Shown piece after piece: positions 63,988 through 64,000 of a DNA stretch of 64,000 nucleotides. Position 1 is the stretch's first letter. Every line of letters starts with the position of its first letter. The translations under genes were made by a program, and so were the position numbers. The stretch is from positions 64,001 through 128,000 of IMG/VR virus record IMGVR_UViG_3300044807_000039. One strand, 5' to 3'. The DNA comes from a virus (Duplodnaviria > Heunggongvirae > Uroviricota > Caudoviricetes). Below the pieces are notes generated by a model, which saw nothing but the letters and a program-made list of their open reading frames with translations, searched no databases and was not told the DNA's origin.

Positions 63988-64000
63988 GCTAGCGAAGGTT

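Noticed and set aside
1-64000. tRNA, rRNA or tmRNA genes
   Set aside because: No cloverleaf with a T-loop GTTCRA and matching acceptor stem was recognised by eye; tRNAscan-SE would be needed to exclude them.
63966-64000. Start of a further ORF (MKIQLRHELAKV) at the window edge
   Set aside because: Only 11-12 codons are visible, so it cannot be supported.

Overview
The window is about 64 kb of a large, low-GC, tailed dsDNA phage of a filamentous actinomycete. The organisation resembles the large Streptomyces/Rhodococcus siphoviruses, and the endolysin and transfer genes resemble Pseudonocardiaceae/Streptomyces proteins; both assignments are inferences. Layout: (1) 1-5718, a rightward cassette of small early genes separated by repeated stem-loop elements, including a protein with two Lsr2-like motifs; (2) 5719-6798, a roughly 1.1 kb non-coding, palindrome-rich convergence zone; (3) 6799-18546, a leftward accessory arm with HNH, HAD phosphatase, DUF1524 lipoprotein nuclease, traA-traB-like genes, an exoribonuclease, ThyX and a possible Crn4-like ring nuclease; (4) 18935-22681, GT4 glycosyltransferase, endonuclease, NrdH and class II ribonucleotide reductase; (5) 22889-53499, endolysin, a PAS protein, and head and tail genes; (6) 53556-64000, phosphoesterase, a free-standing intein-like protein, a holin candidate and replication genes (DnaB, primase, SSB, DnaE). 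No terminase, integrase, tRNA or CRISPR array was recognised. The strongest candidate for an undescribed system is a possible actinomycete conjugation module in the phage. It consists of traA, an FtsK-like traB with a C-terminal winged helix, and a phased array of about nine 8-bp RGT(A/G)ACAM repeats 1.1 kb downstream that looks like a clt locus. The same motif overlaps the traA promoter. All protein family calls come from motif recognition by eye, not from database searches.
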